From Azolla caroliniana (Eukaryota; Plantae; Polypodiophyta): a DNA stretch of 64,000 nucleotides. The notes below the pieces were generated by a model that saw nothing but the letters and a program-made list of their open reading frames with translations, was not told the origin of the DNA and ran no database searches. The stretch lies in the NCBI GenBank assembly GCA_043228905.1, contig JBHGNT010000015.1, forward strand, positions 7,006,001 to 7,070,000. Reading direction: 5' to 3'. Both the position numbers and the translations under genes were made by a program. Positions within the stretch are counted from its first letter, which is position 1. Each line of letters starts with the position of its first letter. Positions 13,001-23,879 of this stretch are shown in pieces.

Positions 13001-14108
13001 GCAGGCTCCCCGGCAATGGTACCGGAAGTTCGACTCCTTCATGACCGACGAAGGGTACCTCAAAACGCAGTCCGACCACTGCGTGTTTGTGAAGAAGTTC
13101 GAAGGAGGAGACTCTCTAATACTCCTCCTGTACGTGGACGACATGTTGATCGTCGGACGGGACCAGGTCAAGATACGGATGCTGAAGAAGGCTCTTCACC
13201 GAACCTTCTCAATGAAGGACCTGGGTCCGGCGAGGCAAATATTAGGGATGCACATCATCCGGGACCGGAAGAAGAAGCAGTTGTGGCTGTCACAGGAGAA
13301 GTACGTGACGAAGGTGCTTCACCGGTTCAACATGTCGGAGGCAAGACCGGTCGGATCGACCCTCCCGGCAAACTGCAAGCTGTCCAGCAAGCAAAGCCCC
13401 AAGACAAAGGCTGAAAAGGAGGATATGATGAAAGTGCCGTATGCCTCAGCCGTCGGAAGCTTGATGTACGCCATGGTGTGTACGAGACCGGACATCGGAT
13501 ATGCAGTCGGAGTGGTGAGCCGATACATGAGCAATCCCGACAAAGAGCATTGGAACGCGGCCAAGTGGATACTCCGATACCTGAAGGGCACGGCAAACGT
13601 GTGCCTCCAATTCGGCTCCGGTAAGCCCGAACTCGACGGCTTCACCGATTCGGATATGTCGGCTGATGCAGATACCAGCCGGTCCACATCAGGGTATGTG
13701 ATGACGTATGCAGGGGGAGCCGTTTCGTGGCAGTCGAGGCTGCAGAAGACGGTTGCGTTGTCAACCACGGAGGCGGAGTACATGGCAGCTGTTGAAGCCG
13801 GCAAGGAAATAATATGGATGAAGGACTTCATTAGAGAGCTCGGTATCCGGCAGGAGGAGTACCGACTCTACTGCGACAGTCAGAGTGCCATCCACCTTGC
13901 GAAGAACGCGGCCTACCATTCCCGGACGAAACACATCCAGCGTAGATACCATTGGATCCGAGAGAGGATAGAAGACGAGGAGTTCGTGCTGACGAAGATC
14001 CACACGGACGAGAACGGGTCGGATATGCTGACCAAGGTGCTCACACCCGACAAGCTAGAAGCATGCCGGAAGAGGATCGGGTTGGAGAGACATCCCATGC
14101 CGAAGTGA
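10032..14108 (+). CDS. Copia Gag-Pol polyprotein (Gag, CCHC knuckle, protease, integrase, RT, RNase H), 1358 aa
   Basis: CFHCGKPGHFRKNC; WVVDSGAS; WHKRLCH...CTDC; VHTDVC, DNGGEY, NGLAERMNRT; QMDVKTAFLHG, LYGLKQAPRQW, YVDDML; FTDSD, TEAEY, SDMLTK; copia domain order; first ATG after the PBS. Confidence 0.97.
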   Translation: MEGGGSGQPMMMVLNAQNYADWKIKMEDLLIVRDLYEPIDRSEIPKGVLESEWKLLNRKAVATIRQYVDVSVLQHVANDTNAYEMWKKLSGLYERKNALNRTSLMRKIVNLKYRDGESMVEHVSTFMGFVNQLAAIKFPLEDAMQAIILMCTLPDSWENLVVTLSTSCTEDNLSLQTVKTSILNEEARRRDKEPASDSKALLTESERGRHWNRSPQRREKSGTRSQSRGRPTCFHCGKPGHFRKNCRHYRKDNGADDTDSKKSPERNGAYRGATDRRGPDRRGQDRKGTTALAASEEEIMLITEEGELNIAGDETTWVVDSGASFHLTPERRYFSSYTAGEHGCVRMGNEGTCRIAGIGDVWLTTPTGCKMLLKDVRHVPEVRLNLISAGRLDDEGYTGSIRNGVMKFSKGSLIVARARKVNTLYLMNARLCPEELNVAADTAGELWHKRLCHMSEKGMKRLAEDNLIPVKHVHLEKCTDCLAGKQNRTSFHSRPPTRRSAPLELVHTDVCQVETKSHGGAQYFVTFIDDHSRKLWTAPMKTKDQVLCVFKELHARVERESGKKLKAIRADNGGEYRGQFQEYCRSKGIRLEFTVPKTPELNGLAERMNRTIMERVRSMLAHAKLPKGFWAEAMSTATYVINRSPSVPLDGDTPQKVWTGKEVSYRHLKVFGCLAYVHVAKDRRGKLDPKTRPCIFLGYGDDEFGYRVWDPVDKKIFRSRDIIFMEDKTLADWESEKKVKSSKSTGEDQLYEEQSRPARDRLALEDPAEDGEETEPAEEDENDTGTGPDPEMDSDEEEESEEPVTEASERRYPLRERRAPRRFPEPEHVLLTDEGEPESFEEAKHDTQSRRWLSAMQDEMDSLHENHTYELVELPKGKRALRNKWVFKLKPGDAENPPRYKARIVVKGFQQKKGVDFDEIFAPVVKMTSIRTVLSIAASMDLEVEQMDVKTAFLHGDLEEEIYMQQPEGFEKKGKEHLVCRLKKSLYGLKQAPRQWYRKFDSFMTDEGYLKTQSDHCVFVKKFEGGDSLILLLYVDDMLIVGRDQVKIRMLKKALHRTFSMKDLGPARQILGMHIIRDRKKKQLWLSQEKYVTKVLHRFNMSEARPVGSTLPANCKLSSKQSPKTKAEKEDMMKVPYASAVGSLMYAMVCTRPDIGYAVGVVSRYMSNPDKEHWNAAKWILRYLKGTANVCLQFGSGKPELDGFTDSDMSADADTSRSTSGYVMTYAGGAVSWQSRLQKTVALSTTEAEYMAAVEAGKEIIWMKDFIRELGIRQEEYRLYCDSQSAIHLAKNAAYHSRTKHIQRRYHWIRERIEDEEFVLTKIHTDENGSDMLTKVLTPDKLEACRKRIGLERHPMPK

Positions 14109-14118
14109 AGGGGGAGTT

Positions 14119-14792
14119 TGTTGGGATTTCGGTCCCTCCGGATGGGATGTCCGGAGATGAATGACGGCAAGCCCGGTTGCGGTTACGGAGCCGGATGATG
14201 AAGACCCCGGCTACGGTGCCGGATGATGAATACCCCGGCTACGGAGCCGGATGATGAATACCCCGGCTACGGAGCCGGATGCTGAAGACCCCGGTTACGG
14301 AGCCGGATGACGAATGTACCCGGAGGGAGATCCGGATGCGGGGACATATTTGTGAATATGTTTGCCAAGAGCCCTTGAGGCTATATTTGTAAATAGCCCG
14401 GAAGTCATATGTGTATAAATATGACTTAGGGCAAACAGTTGTTTGTTGTTGCTCATTTTCTGTTTTCACTGAGAGGAAGCGAAGTGAGAGCAGCCGAGAG
14501 AGAGATAGAGCGCGAGAGAGACGAAGAGGTAGACGCCTCTGTGTATTTCCGCCGCCTGTGGCGAGGACAGCGAGCTCAAGGTCGTTGCCTTGCAGCTCGC
14601 CATTGTATATTTCTCTGTGCATAGTTTGGTTTGGAGTCTCGCACTCCCGTGGTTTTTCCCGTATAGGGTTTTCCACGTTAATTCCTGTGTATCGCGTCTT
14701 TCTCTGTATTTCCTATTTTTCTACTGCATTGATCCGCGATTACTCGGTTGTGGCCGAGTGGTGAAGGTGAATCCAAGCGGTGATTCCCAACA
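14119..14792 (+). repeat. 3' LTR of intact copia
   Basis: Copy of 9329-10002, followed by TSD CTTCC. Confidence 0.95.
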
Positions 14793-15707
14793 CTTCCTTC
14801 TTCAGGCACTTGACCACATCTGACCATGTTCTGGTCCTAGCCTTTATCTTCTAGTCGGCTTTGTCCTTCTTCACTCAGCCGTCTACTCCGGCTCTTCCAA
14901 ATGTGTCGACTGCTATAGTTGATTCAACTTCTTCTTCCTCTTGTTACTCCTTGTGTTCTTGGTGCACTTCTATGTTCTTCGTGCGAGCATGGAAAATGGG
15001 GTTCTTGGCTGGCTATAAGCTACTAATGTTGTCGCAATAGATTGGGGTTGGAGTGGGAGCTTCGACCCTTAAGTCTTGCAGTAGCCGTTACAGCCATATA
15101 GCCTCACAAGTTGCAATAGGCTAAAAGCATGCAAGTGGAAACACTATTAGAGCTAATTAGCTACTAAAATGGCCACATCTAATTAGCTATTTGTTTAACT
15201 AGTTTTGTGTGGGCACATCATAAGGATGGTTTACGAAATTTTATGTTTTATTAGTTAAATACATGTCATTTAATTTATGAGAATACTCAAATATTTTAAC
15301 TTTGGGTTTTGACGTTGTGAAACTTGGGGAATAGTGCCATCATCTAAGGTCAACTTGAATGTCATCAAATTCTTGTTAATCCTGAGTTCGAGTTCGAAAT
15401 CCAAACAGATGAACTACTCTGAGAACGAACGCAAACGAAGCTCCCGCAACAACACAAACACTCTGAGATCGACATTGCACCTTAAGAGCTACAACGCACG
15501 ACCAGTTCGATCCTTGTCCAGGTATGTATCAGTTACATATTACAAAAACCTTTTTTGTTCCTTTCTGATAACTATCTGTAACTTTGGTGCCTGTTCATCT
15601 TTCCCAAAAATCGAATAGGGCGAAGTAGTTGAAGTCCCAAACAAGGATGTCTCGAAGATCGGGGTGTAGCAGTAGGTGTGTTTTCCTTAAGTGGTTTAGG
15701 GTTTTTG

Positions 15708-15825
15708 ATTACAAATTTTAGATTACAAATTTTAGATTATAAGTTTTTGGTTACAAATTTCTAACTACAAATTTCTGATTACAAGTTTCTGGTTACAAAT
15801 TTCAGATTGCAAATTTCAGATTACT
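15708..15825 (+). repeat. ~14-bp tandem repeat (GATTACAAATTTCA), mirrored at ~22750-22815
   Basis: About 8 degenerate copies visible. Confidence 0.8.
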
Positions 15826-16789
15826 ATCGCAATGTGTTGTAATTTTGCACCAATTCTCATGACAAATTCTAATTAGGGTTTCTGATTTTTTAAGTGGTTG
15901 ATTTCTGATACATGTTGAAAAGAACAGATTACAAATTTCAGATTGCTGTGTCAAAGTGTTGTAATTTTGCACCAAATTCACATTAAAAATTCTGTTTTGG
16001 CACCAATTCTGATTATTGATTTTCTATTTCAGGGGGCTCATTCCTCCCTATCCTAAAGTGATGAACTTCGCAACATTGGCTATTGAAATGGAGACCAAAG
16101 TCACTTTGGCAGTTACAACAATCAGAAATAAGATTCAGGTTCCTATAGTTTTTCTAGTATATAATATGTTGTAAAGTGATGAACTTCGCAACATTGGCTA
16201 TTGAAATGGAGACCAAAGTCACTTTGGCAGTTACAACAATGAGAAATAAGATTCAGGTTCCTATAGTTTTGCTAGTATATAATATGTTGTAAATAACTTG
16301 TACATGAAAATGTGCTAGTGAGGCATTATCTGGAACAGGTTGCTCAACATGTGTTTGAAATTGAGGGGTCACTAGATCCCCAACGGAAAATTCAACTACA
16401 GACCGAGATCTAGGTTCTTTCAATGAACCTGGACCTTCTAGGTGTAAATACTGTCACTGATTACACTTTGAACAAGGACGGAGAACCAAATAAAGGAGAA
16501 CCAGGAAATGATATATTGATTGTTCAAGCACGTTGCATCCCTTGCGGATTACATGTAGAGGACAAAACTGCTACTCTGTTGGTTCACGTACAACCATGCC
16601 AACACACATACCATATCATTTGTTTTCAATATGCCTGTCGCATTACTACATTCTATTTGGGGGATTGCAGTACAGGTCTCCCAAATGAGTAGAGAAAAGT
16701 AATAGGTAAAATTGCAGCTTCTGACCATAGTACACCTAATTAGGTAAGCCGTATAAAGTGTGGAAACTATTTAGGTATTATGGTTGTAG

Positions 16790-18552
16790 TGTAGTAGCTA
16801 ATTAGCTAACATGTAGTTAATTAGCTACTACCATACTTTAGCTGAGTAGTTAATTAGCTAAGTGGTAGCCAATTAACTACTACCATAGTTTAGTACAGAA
16901 GAAAATTAGCCACTATCATACTTTAGATGAGTAACTAATTAGCTACTACCATACTTAAGTTGAGTAGCTAATTAGCTAAGTGGTAGCTAATTAGGTACTA
17001 CAATAGTTTAGTACAGTAGCTAATTAGATACTACCATACTTTAGCTTAGTAGCTAATTAGGTAAGTGTTCGCCAATTAGCCACTACAATAGTTTAGTACA
17101 GTGGCTAATTAGCTAACACTTACCTAATTAGCTATTACCATACTTTAGTTATAATAGCTAATTAGCTAGTACCATACTTTAGCTAATTAGCTAAGTGGTA
17201 GCCAATTAGCTACTACAATAGTTTAGTACAGTAGCTAATTCACTACTACCATACTATAACTGAGTAGCTAATTAGCTAAGTGGTATCTAATTAGCTACTA
17301 CCATACTTTAGCTGAGTAGCTAATTAGCTAAGTGGTAGCTAATTAGCTACTACCATAGTTTAGTACAGTGGCTAATTAGCTAAGTGATATCTAATTAGCT
17401 ACTATCATACTTTAGCTAATTAGCTAATTAGCTAAGTGGTAGCTAATTAGCTACTACCATAGTTTAGTACAATAGCTAATTAGCTAAATGGTAGCTAATT
17501 AGCTACTACCATACTTTAGTACAGTAGCTAATTGGATACTACCATACTTTAGCTAAGTAGCTAATTGGCTACGACCATACTTAAGTAGAATGTCTTGTAT
17601 AATCGTAATCATTTAGTCTTGCATAGTTTAGTACAATAGCTAATTAGCTACTACCATGGTTTAGTACAATAGCTAATTAGCTACTACCATACTTTAGCTA
17701 TAATAGCTAATTAGCTACTACCATACTTTAGCTATAATAGCTAATTAGCTAGTACCATACTTTAGCTATAATAACTAATTAGCTAGTACCATACTTTAGC
17801 TAATTAGCTAAGTGGTAGCTAATTAGCTACTACAATAGTTTAGTACAGTACCTAATTATCTACTACCATACTTTAGTTGAGTAGCTAATGAGCTAAGTGG
17901 TAGCTAATTAGCTACTACCATAGTTTAGTACAATACCTAATTAGCTAAGAGGTATGTAATTAGCTACTATCATACTTTAGCTTAGTAGCTAATTAGCTAA
18001 GTGGTAGCTAATTAGCTACTACCATAGTTTAGTATAGTAGCTAATTAGGTAAGTGGAAACTAATTAGCTACTACCATACTTTAGCTATAGTAGCTAATTA
18101 ACTAGTGTTATACTTTAGCTGAGTAGCTAATTAGCTAACTGGTAGCCAATTAGCGACAACCATACTAAGTAGAATGTCTTGCATAATCGTAATCATCTAG
18201 TCTTGCATAGTTTAGTACAGTAGCTAATTAGCTAAGTGGTAGCTAATTAGCTACTACCATACTTTAGCTATAATAGTTAATTAGCTACTACCATACTTTA
18301 GCTATAATAGTTAATTAGCTACTACCATACTTTAGCTGAGTAGTTAATTAGCTACTACCATACTTTAGTAGAGTAGCTAATTAATTGCTACCATATTGAC
18401 AAAGAGTAGCTAATTAGCTAACTGGTAGCTAATTAGCTAGTACCATACCTAAGCGAAGTAGCTAATTAGCTCAATGGTAGCTAATTAGCTACTGTCATAG
18501 TTTAGAAGAATACCTAGGTAGCTAAGATGTAGTTGAGTAGCTAATTAGCTAC
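16790..18552 (+). repeat. Satellite of ~19- and ~33-bp subunits built on the palindrome TAGCTAATTAGCTA (left arm)
   Basis: Dozens of TAGCTAATTAGCTA cores followed by AGTGG or CTACCATA(C/G)TTTAG... Confidence 0.95.
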
Positions 18553-19055
18553 CATGTTGTTGTAGAATCTTGTGGATTAAGGAGGGTGCATGAGGTGTTC
18601 GGTGTTGATGAGGCTGCAACCGATGAGGAGATAGCTGCCAACGTGGCTGAAAGTAAGAGTCCGGCTATCACATCTTTTTTAGATCAGCTCCAGCCTATTC
18701 TTTTGGAAGATTGTACTGAATTAGGCAACGATGTGAAAAGCCATGAAATATTGGAAACATGTAAATCTGAGGTTCAGAACAATAGTGTTTTTGAACACTT
18801 GATGCAACATTTCTTCGAATCCCAAAACCTTGATTCCACCCCACCGAGCCCAACTACTAATAATGTCCAAACAAATCCCATTATACTGGAAAAGCTAGCG
18901 CAAGACGTGGCTAACGTGCAAACCGCTGCTGAGGTGATGGAAAGGTTGTCAGAGAAGGACACACTTGTGCAATGGGTGAAAGAAGCAAGGCTAAATGGGC
19001 AACTGGCTAGAAAAAGGTTGAAGAAGGGGCCACGATCAGGGACAAGACTAGTTAC

Positions 19056-22000
19056 TCAGTCAAGGGGCTCTTGAATTGGAGCGAAATACTTATTACTTGC
19101 TTCTTTGACCCATTGGTCAAGTGTGTCCTCCTCCGACAATCTTTCCATCACCTCAACAACAGCTTGTAGGTTAGCCGCGTCTTGCACTAGCTTTTCCAGT
19201 ACAGTGGGATCAGTTTGGACATTATCAGTAGTTGGGCTGAGTGGGGTGGAATCAAGGTTTTGGGATTCGAAGAAATGTTGCATCAAGTGTTCAAAAACAC
19301 TATTGTTATGAACCTTAGATTTACATGTTGTTTCCAATATTTCATGGCTTCTCACATCGTTGCCTAATTCGGGCCTAATTCATTACCATCATCCAAAAGA
19401 ATAGGGTGGAGCTGATTTGAAGGAGATGTGATAGTAGGACTCTTACTTTCAGCCACGTTGGCAACTATCTCCTCATCGGTTCTAGCATCATAAGCACCAG
19501 ACACCTCATGTGCCCTCCTTCATCCACAAGATTCTACAACAACATGGTCGCTAATTAGCTACATCTTAGCTAATTAGCTATTCTTCTAGACTATGACAGT
19601 AGCTAATGAGCTACCACTGAGCTAATTACCTACTTCGCTTAGGTATGGTACTAGCTAATTAGCTACTACACTACAACCTGGTACTAGCTAATTAGCCACT
19701 ATAACTAAAGTATGGTAGTAGCTAATTAGCTACCACTTATCTAATTAGCTACTGTACTAAACTATGGTAGTAGCTAATTAGCTACCACTTAGCTAATTAG
19801 CTACTGTACTAAACTATGGTAGTAGCTAATTAGCTACCACTTAGCTAATTAGCTACTCAGCTAAAGTATGGTAGTCGCTAACTAGCTACCACTTAGCTAA
19901 TTAGCTATTGTACTAAAGTATGGTACTAGTTAATTAGCCACTATAACTAAAGCATAATAGTGGCTAATTAACTCCCACTTAGATAATTAGCTACTGTACT
20001 AAACTATGGTAGTACCTAATTAGCTAAGTGGTAGCTATTTACCTACTCAGCTAACGTATGGTAGTAGGTAACTAACTACTTAGCTAACGTATGGTAGTAG
20101 CTAGCTAGCTACTACTTAGCTAATTAGCTACGGTACTAAACTATGGTAGTAATTAATTAGCTACCACTTACATAATTACCTACTCTACTAAAGTGTGGTA
20201 GTAGCTAATTAACTAAGTGGTAGTTAATTAGCTATTGTATTAAACTATGCTAGTAGCTAATTATCTACCACTTAGCTAATTAACTACTGTACTAAACTAT
20301 GGTAGAAGCTAAGGAGCTACTGTATTAAACTATGGTAGTAGTTAATTAGCTAAGTGGTAGCTAATTAGCTACTCAGCTAACGTATGGTAGTAGCTAATTA
20401 GCTACTGTTCTAAACTATGGTAATAGCTAATTAGCTACCATTTAGCTATTGTGCTAAACTATGGTAATAGCTAATTAGCTACTCAGGTAATGTATGGTAG
20501 TAGCTAATTAGCTACCACTTAGCTAATTAGCTACTCAGGTAACGTATGGTAGTAGCTAATTAGCTACTATACTAAACTATGGTAGTAGCTAATTAGCTAT
20601 TGTACTAAACTATGGTAGTAGCTAATTAGCTATTGTACTAAACTATGGTAGTAGCTAATTAGCTTCCACTTAGCTAATTAGCTACTTAGTTGAAGTATGG
20701 TAGTAGCTAATTAGCTACTACTTAACTAATTAGCTACTGTACTAAACTATGATAGTAGCTAATTAGCTACCATTTAGCTAATTAGCTACTCATCTAAAGT
20801 ATGGTAGTAGCTAATTAGCTATATTACTAAACTAAGGTAGTAGCTAATTAAATTAGCTACCACTTAGCTAATTAGTTGCTCAACTAAACTCTGGTAGTAG
20901 ATAATTAGCTACTGTATTCAACTATGGTAGTAGAGAATTAACTACCACTTAGCTACTTAGTTACTCAACTAAACTATAGTAGTAGCTAATTAGCTACTGT
21001 ACTAAAGTATGGTAGTAGCTAATTGGCTACCACTTAGCTAATTAGCTACTCAGCTAAAGTATGGTAGTAGCTAATTAGCTACCACTTAGCTAATTAACTA
21101 CATGTTAGGTAATTAGCTACTACACTACAACCATAATAGCTAAATAGTTTCCACACTTTATACAGCTTACCTAATTAGCAAAGAAGGAACTAATTAGCTA
21201 CACTATGGTCACAAGCAGCAATTTTAGCTGTGTGTTTTCTCCACTCATCTGGGAGAGTTATACTACAATCCCCCAAATAGAATGCAACAATGCGACAAGC
21301 ATATTGAAAACAAACGATATGGTATGTGTGCTGGCATGGTTGTAGGTGAACCACCAGAGTAGCAAATTTGTCCTCTACACCTAATCCACAAGCGATGCAA
21401 CGTGCTTGAACAGTCAATATATAGTTTCCTTGTTCTCCTTCATTTGGTAAGGGAGCAAGAATGTTCAGGTCCAATTCTTTTCTGCTCCTTACCATCCCCT
21501 CCGCAAAATGTAGCTACTTCTTAAGGCAACTAACTACCTGTTCTTGACGGGAGTATTGTTCCTTTAACGCAGCCGAGAAATTTACCGATTAATTATTCCT
21601 TAATGAGGAAGATACAACAACAAGAAACAAGAATCATTAACTTACTTGTAGCTTTTCCAAATTGTAATCAGCGATAGTATTTACACCTAGAAGGTCCAGG
21701 TTCATTGAAAGAACCTGGATCTCTGTCTGCAATTGAATTTTCCGTTGGGGATCCAGTGACCCCTCAATTTCAAGTTCATGTTGAGCAACTTGTTCTGGAT
21801 AATGCCTCAGTAGCACATTTTCATGTACAAGTTATTTATAGCATATTACATACTAGCAAAACAATAGGTACCTAAATCTTATTTCAATAACTGCCAAAGT
21901 GACTTTGCTCTTCATCGCAACAGCCAATGTTGCTTTCTCTAAATCAATCTTAAAAAACTCCAATGTCTCAGAGGCTTCATGGACTTTTTTTAGCCTATAG

Positions 22001-23180
22001 CTAATCAATGTGTCACCTGTATCATCGACATTGGCTTTCATTGTGTGTCGGTGTGGCATATACTTGCAGGTTTGTTGGGAGTTGGTAGTTGCATCATCAA
22101 CTGCCATGCTCCAAAATCTTGACATTTTTTGTTGCAAGCTCCCCATCTTCTGACATCTTTCTACCGATGCCTCACCATAAATTGCCCAAGCTACCCTGTA
22201 CATTTCAAGGTCACGAGATTCCTTCGTTGTTTTGTAATACTCATATGCAAAAGCTCTAGCAAATGAAACGGACAACTCGTTGCTGACCAGGATCTCTTGA
22301 TGTACTTTCTGGTGCAGTTTCATGCAGTCGTCGTACAAGTTTGGTCGTACATGCTTGAGCTTGACCTTGCCTTTCACTCTACGCACTTTATATACTGACA
22401 TCTAATCTACATCACTAATCAATCTATCTGTTAGAACAGTAGGGTCAATATCCTCGAGCGACAGACCATATATGTTTTGAAAGTCCTCTGTCTCGCAAAA
22501 TTTTGCAAAGTTCAGCACTCTAGGACAGGGAGGAATGAGCCACTTGAAATAAAAAATCAATAATCAGAATTGGTGCAAAAATAGAATTTTTAATGTGAAT
22601 TTGGTGCAAAATTACAACACTTTGAGACAATAATCTGAAATTTGTAATCTGTCCTTTTCAACATGTATCAGAAATCAACCACTTAAAAAATCAGAAACCC
22701 TAATTAGAATTTGTCATGAGAATTGGTGCAAAATTACAACACATTGCGATAGTAATCAGAAATTTGTAATTAGAAATTTGTAACCATAAACTTGTAATCT
22801 GAAATTTGTAATCAGAAACCCTAAACCACTTAAGGGAAACACAAACCCTAATCATCACTAAAGGCAGAAATCAACCGTACTACGAAATTCTATCAATCAG
22901 AAACACACCTGTTGTTACACCCCGATCTCAAGACATCCTTGTTTGGAACTCCAACGACTTCGCCCTATTCGATTTTTGGGAAAGATGAACAGACACCAAA
23001 GTTACAGACAGTTATCAAAAAGGAAAAAAAAAGTTTTTTTAATATGTAACTGATACATACCTGGACAAGGATTGACTTGCTCGTGTGTTGTAGCTCTGAA
23101 GGTGCAATGTCAATCTCAGAGTTTTTGTGTTGTTGCAGGGGCTTCGTCTACGTTCATGCTCAGAGTACTCTATCTATTTG
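19056..23180 (-). pseudogene. Right-arm, more complete copy of the same spliced RING-H2-like gene
   Basis: ORFs 21853..22401, 21190..21495 (CIAC...CQHTYHIVC) and 19056..19355, with mirrored splice signals; start position uncertain. Confidence 0.55.
19548..21125 (-). repeat. Inverted copy of the TAGCTAATTAGCTA satellite (right arm)
   Basis: Reverse-complement units (CTAAACTATGGTAGTAGCTAATTAGCTA, CCACTTAGCTAATTAGCTA). Confidence 0.95.
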
Positions 23181-23879
23181 GAGTTCGAACTCGAACTCAG
23201 GATTATCAAGAATTTGATGACATTCAAGTCGACCTTAGATGATGGCATTATTCCCCATGTTCCATTACGTTAGAAACCAAAGTTCAAATATTTGAGTATT
23301 CTCATAAATAAAATGACATGTATTTAAATGAAATGTATTTAACTAATAAAACATAAAATTTCATAAACCATCCTTATGATTTTCCCATAAAAAACTAGCT
23401 AAACAAATAGCTAATTAGCTGTGGCCATTTTAGTAGCTAATTAGCTATAATAGTGTTTCCACTCGCATGCTTTTACCCTACTTTTAATCCTTGGGATTGA
23501 GACAACCCATTAGGCCAAGTGTGAACTTGCCTGGGGGCCTTGGGTATCGCTATAAATAAGAGGCCTAGCTACCCTCATTTCATCATCTTTTGATTACGTC
23601 GAGACTCTGTTTCATGGTAGTTCAACTCTTGTAGTGAGCGCGCCAACACTAGGTACGACTCGACGCCACGGCGGTGGCATGGGACGTTGATCGAGGCTTG
23701 AGTCCGTCTCGATCCCTTCGCTCGAGGGTGGTCGGGTGGATGAGGACCCTTCTTTCTCTCTCTCATTTCTATCTATCGATCTATCTATCATTCTTTTCTC
23801 CTTATCATACGCTTACATTAGATCATATCTCTAATACAAACAATACTCATCTAGTTCGCAATGGGAGCCACAAGATGGA

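Larger units (their letters stand above)
9329..14792 (+). mobile_element. Intact, very young Ty1/copia (Tnt1/Tork-like) retrotransposon
   Basis: 674-bp LTRs 9329-10002 and 14119-14792 (one mismatch seen, 9933 G vs 14723 A); TSD CTTCC; PBS TGGTATCAGAGC 10006-10017; PPT GAAGGGGGAG 14107-14116; uninterrupted polyprotein. Confidence 0.98.
1430..15116 (-). mobile_element. Older Ty1/copia 3' part hosting two later copia insertions (3' LTR ~1430-1569 + 8645-8924; internal 8925-9328 + 14798-15116)
   Basis: LTR end CTCAACA at 8924 followed by PPT complement GCCCCCCTCAAG; degenerate RNase H (ATCEAIWL, FHARTKNIEVH) at ~14960-15116; interrupted at TSDs ACATA and CTTCC; left LTR start approximate. Confidence 0.7.
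15409..19074 (+). pseudogene. Left-arm copy of a spliced gene with a RING-H2-like motif (internally deleted)
   Basis: Splice-like signals CCAG|GTATGT ~15522, TTTCAG ~16032, TAG|GTAAG ~16743, TTGTAG ~18565; CIPC-x17-CQHTYHIIC; last ORF 18586..19074; start position uncertain. Confidence 0.55.
15117..23480. mobile_element. Giant imperfect palindrome / foldback-like element (arms 15117-18989 and 19096-23480, ~106-bp spacer)
   Basis: Left end TAGGCTAAAAGCATGCAAGTGGAAACACTATT matches the reverse complement of the right end (TAGGGTAAAAGCATGCGAGTGGAAACACTATT); mirrored ORFs 16423..16692/21190..21495 and 18586..19074/19056..19355; mirrored satellites. The palindrome is directly visible; transposon identity is inferred. 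Confidence 0.85.

Noticed and set aside
16790-21125. CRISPR-like array (palindromic repeat with intervening sequence)
   Set aside because: The intervening sequences are themselves repeated and short, there are no cas genes, and the context is eukaryotic
15117-23480. Assembly or chimeric-read fold-back artefact
   Set aside because: The arms differ by many substitutions, arm-specific indels and different satellite arrangements; long-read confirmation is still desirable
15105-23492. hAT element assignment from TAGGG termini
   Set aside because: No 8-bp TSD (AGTTGCAA vs CTTTTAAT) and no hAT transposase visible; superfamily left open
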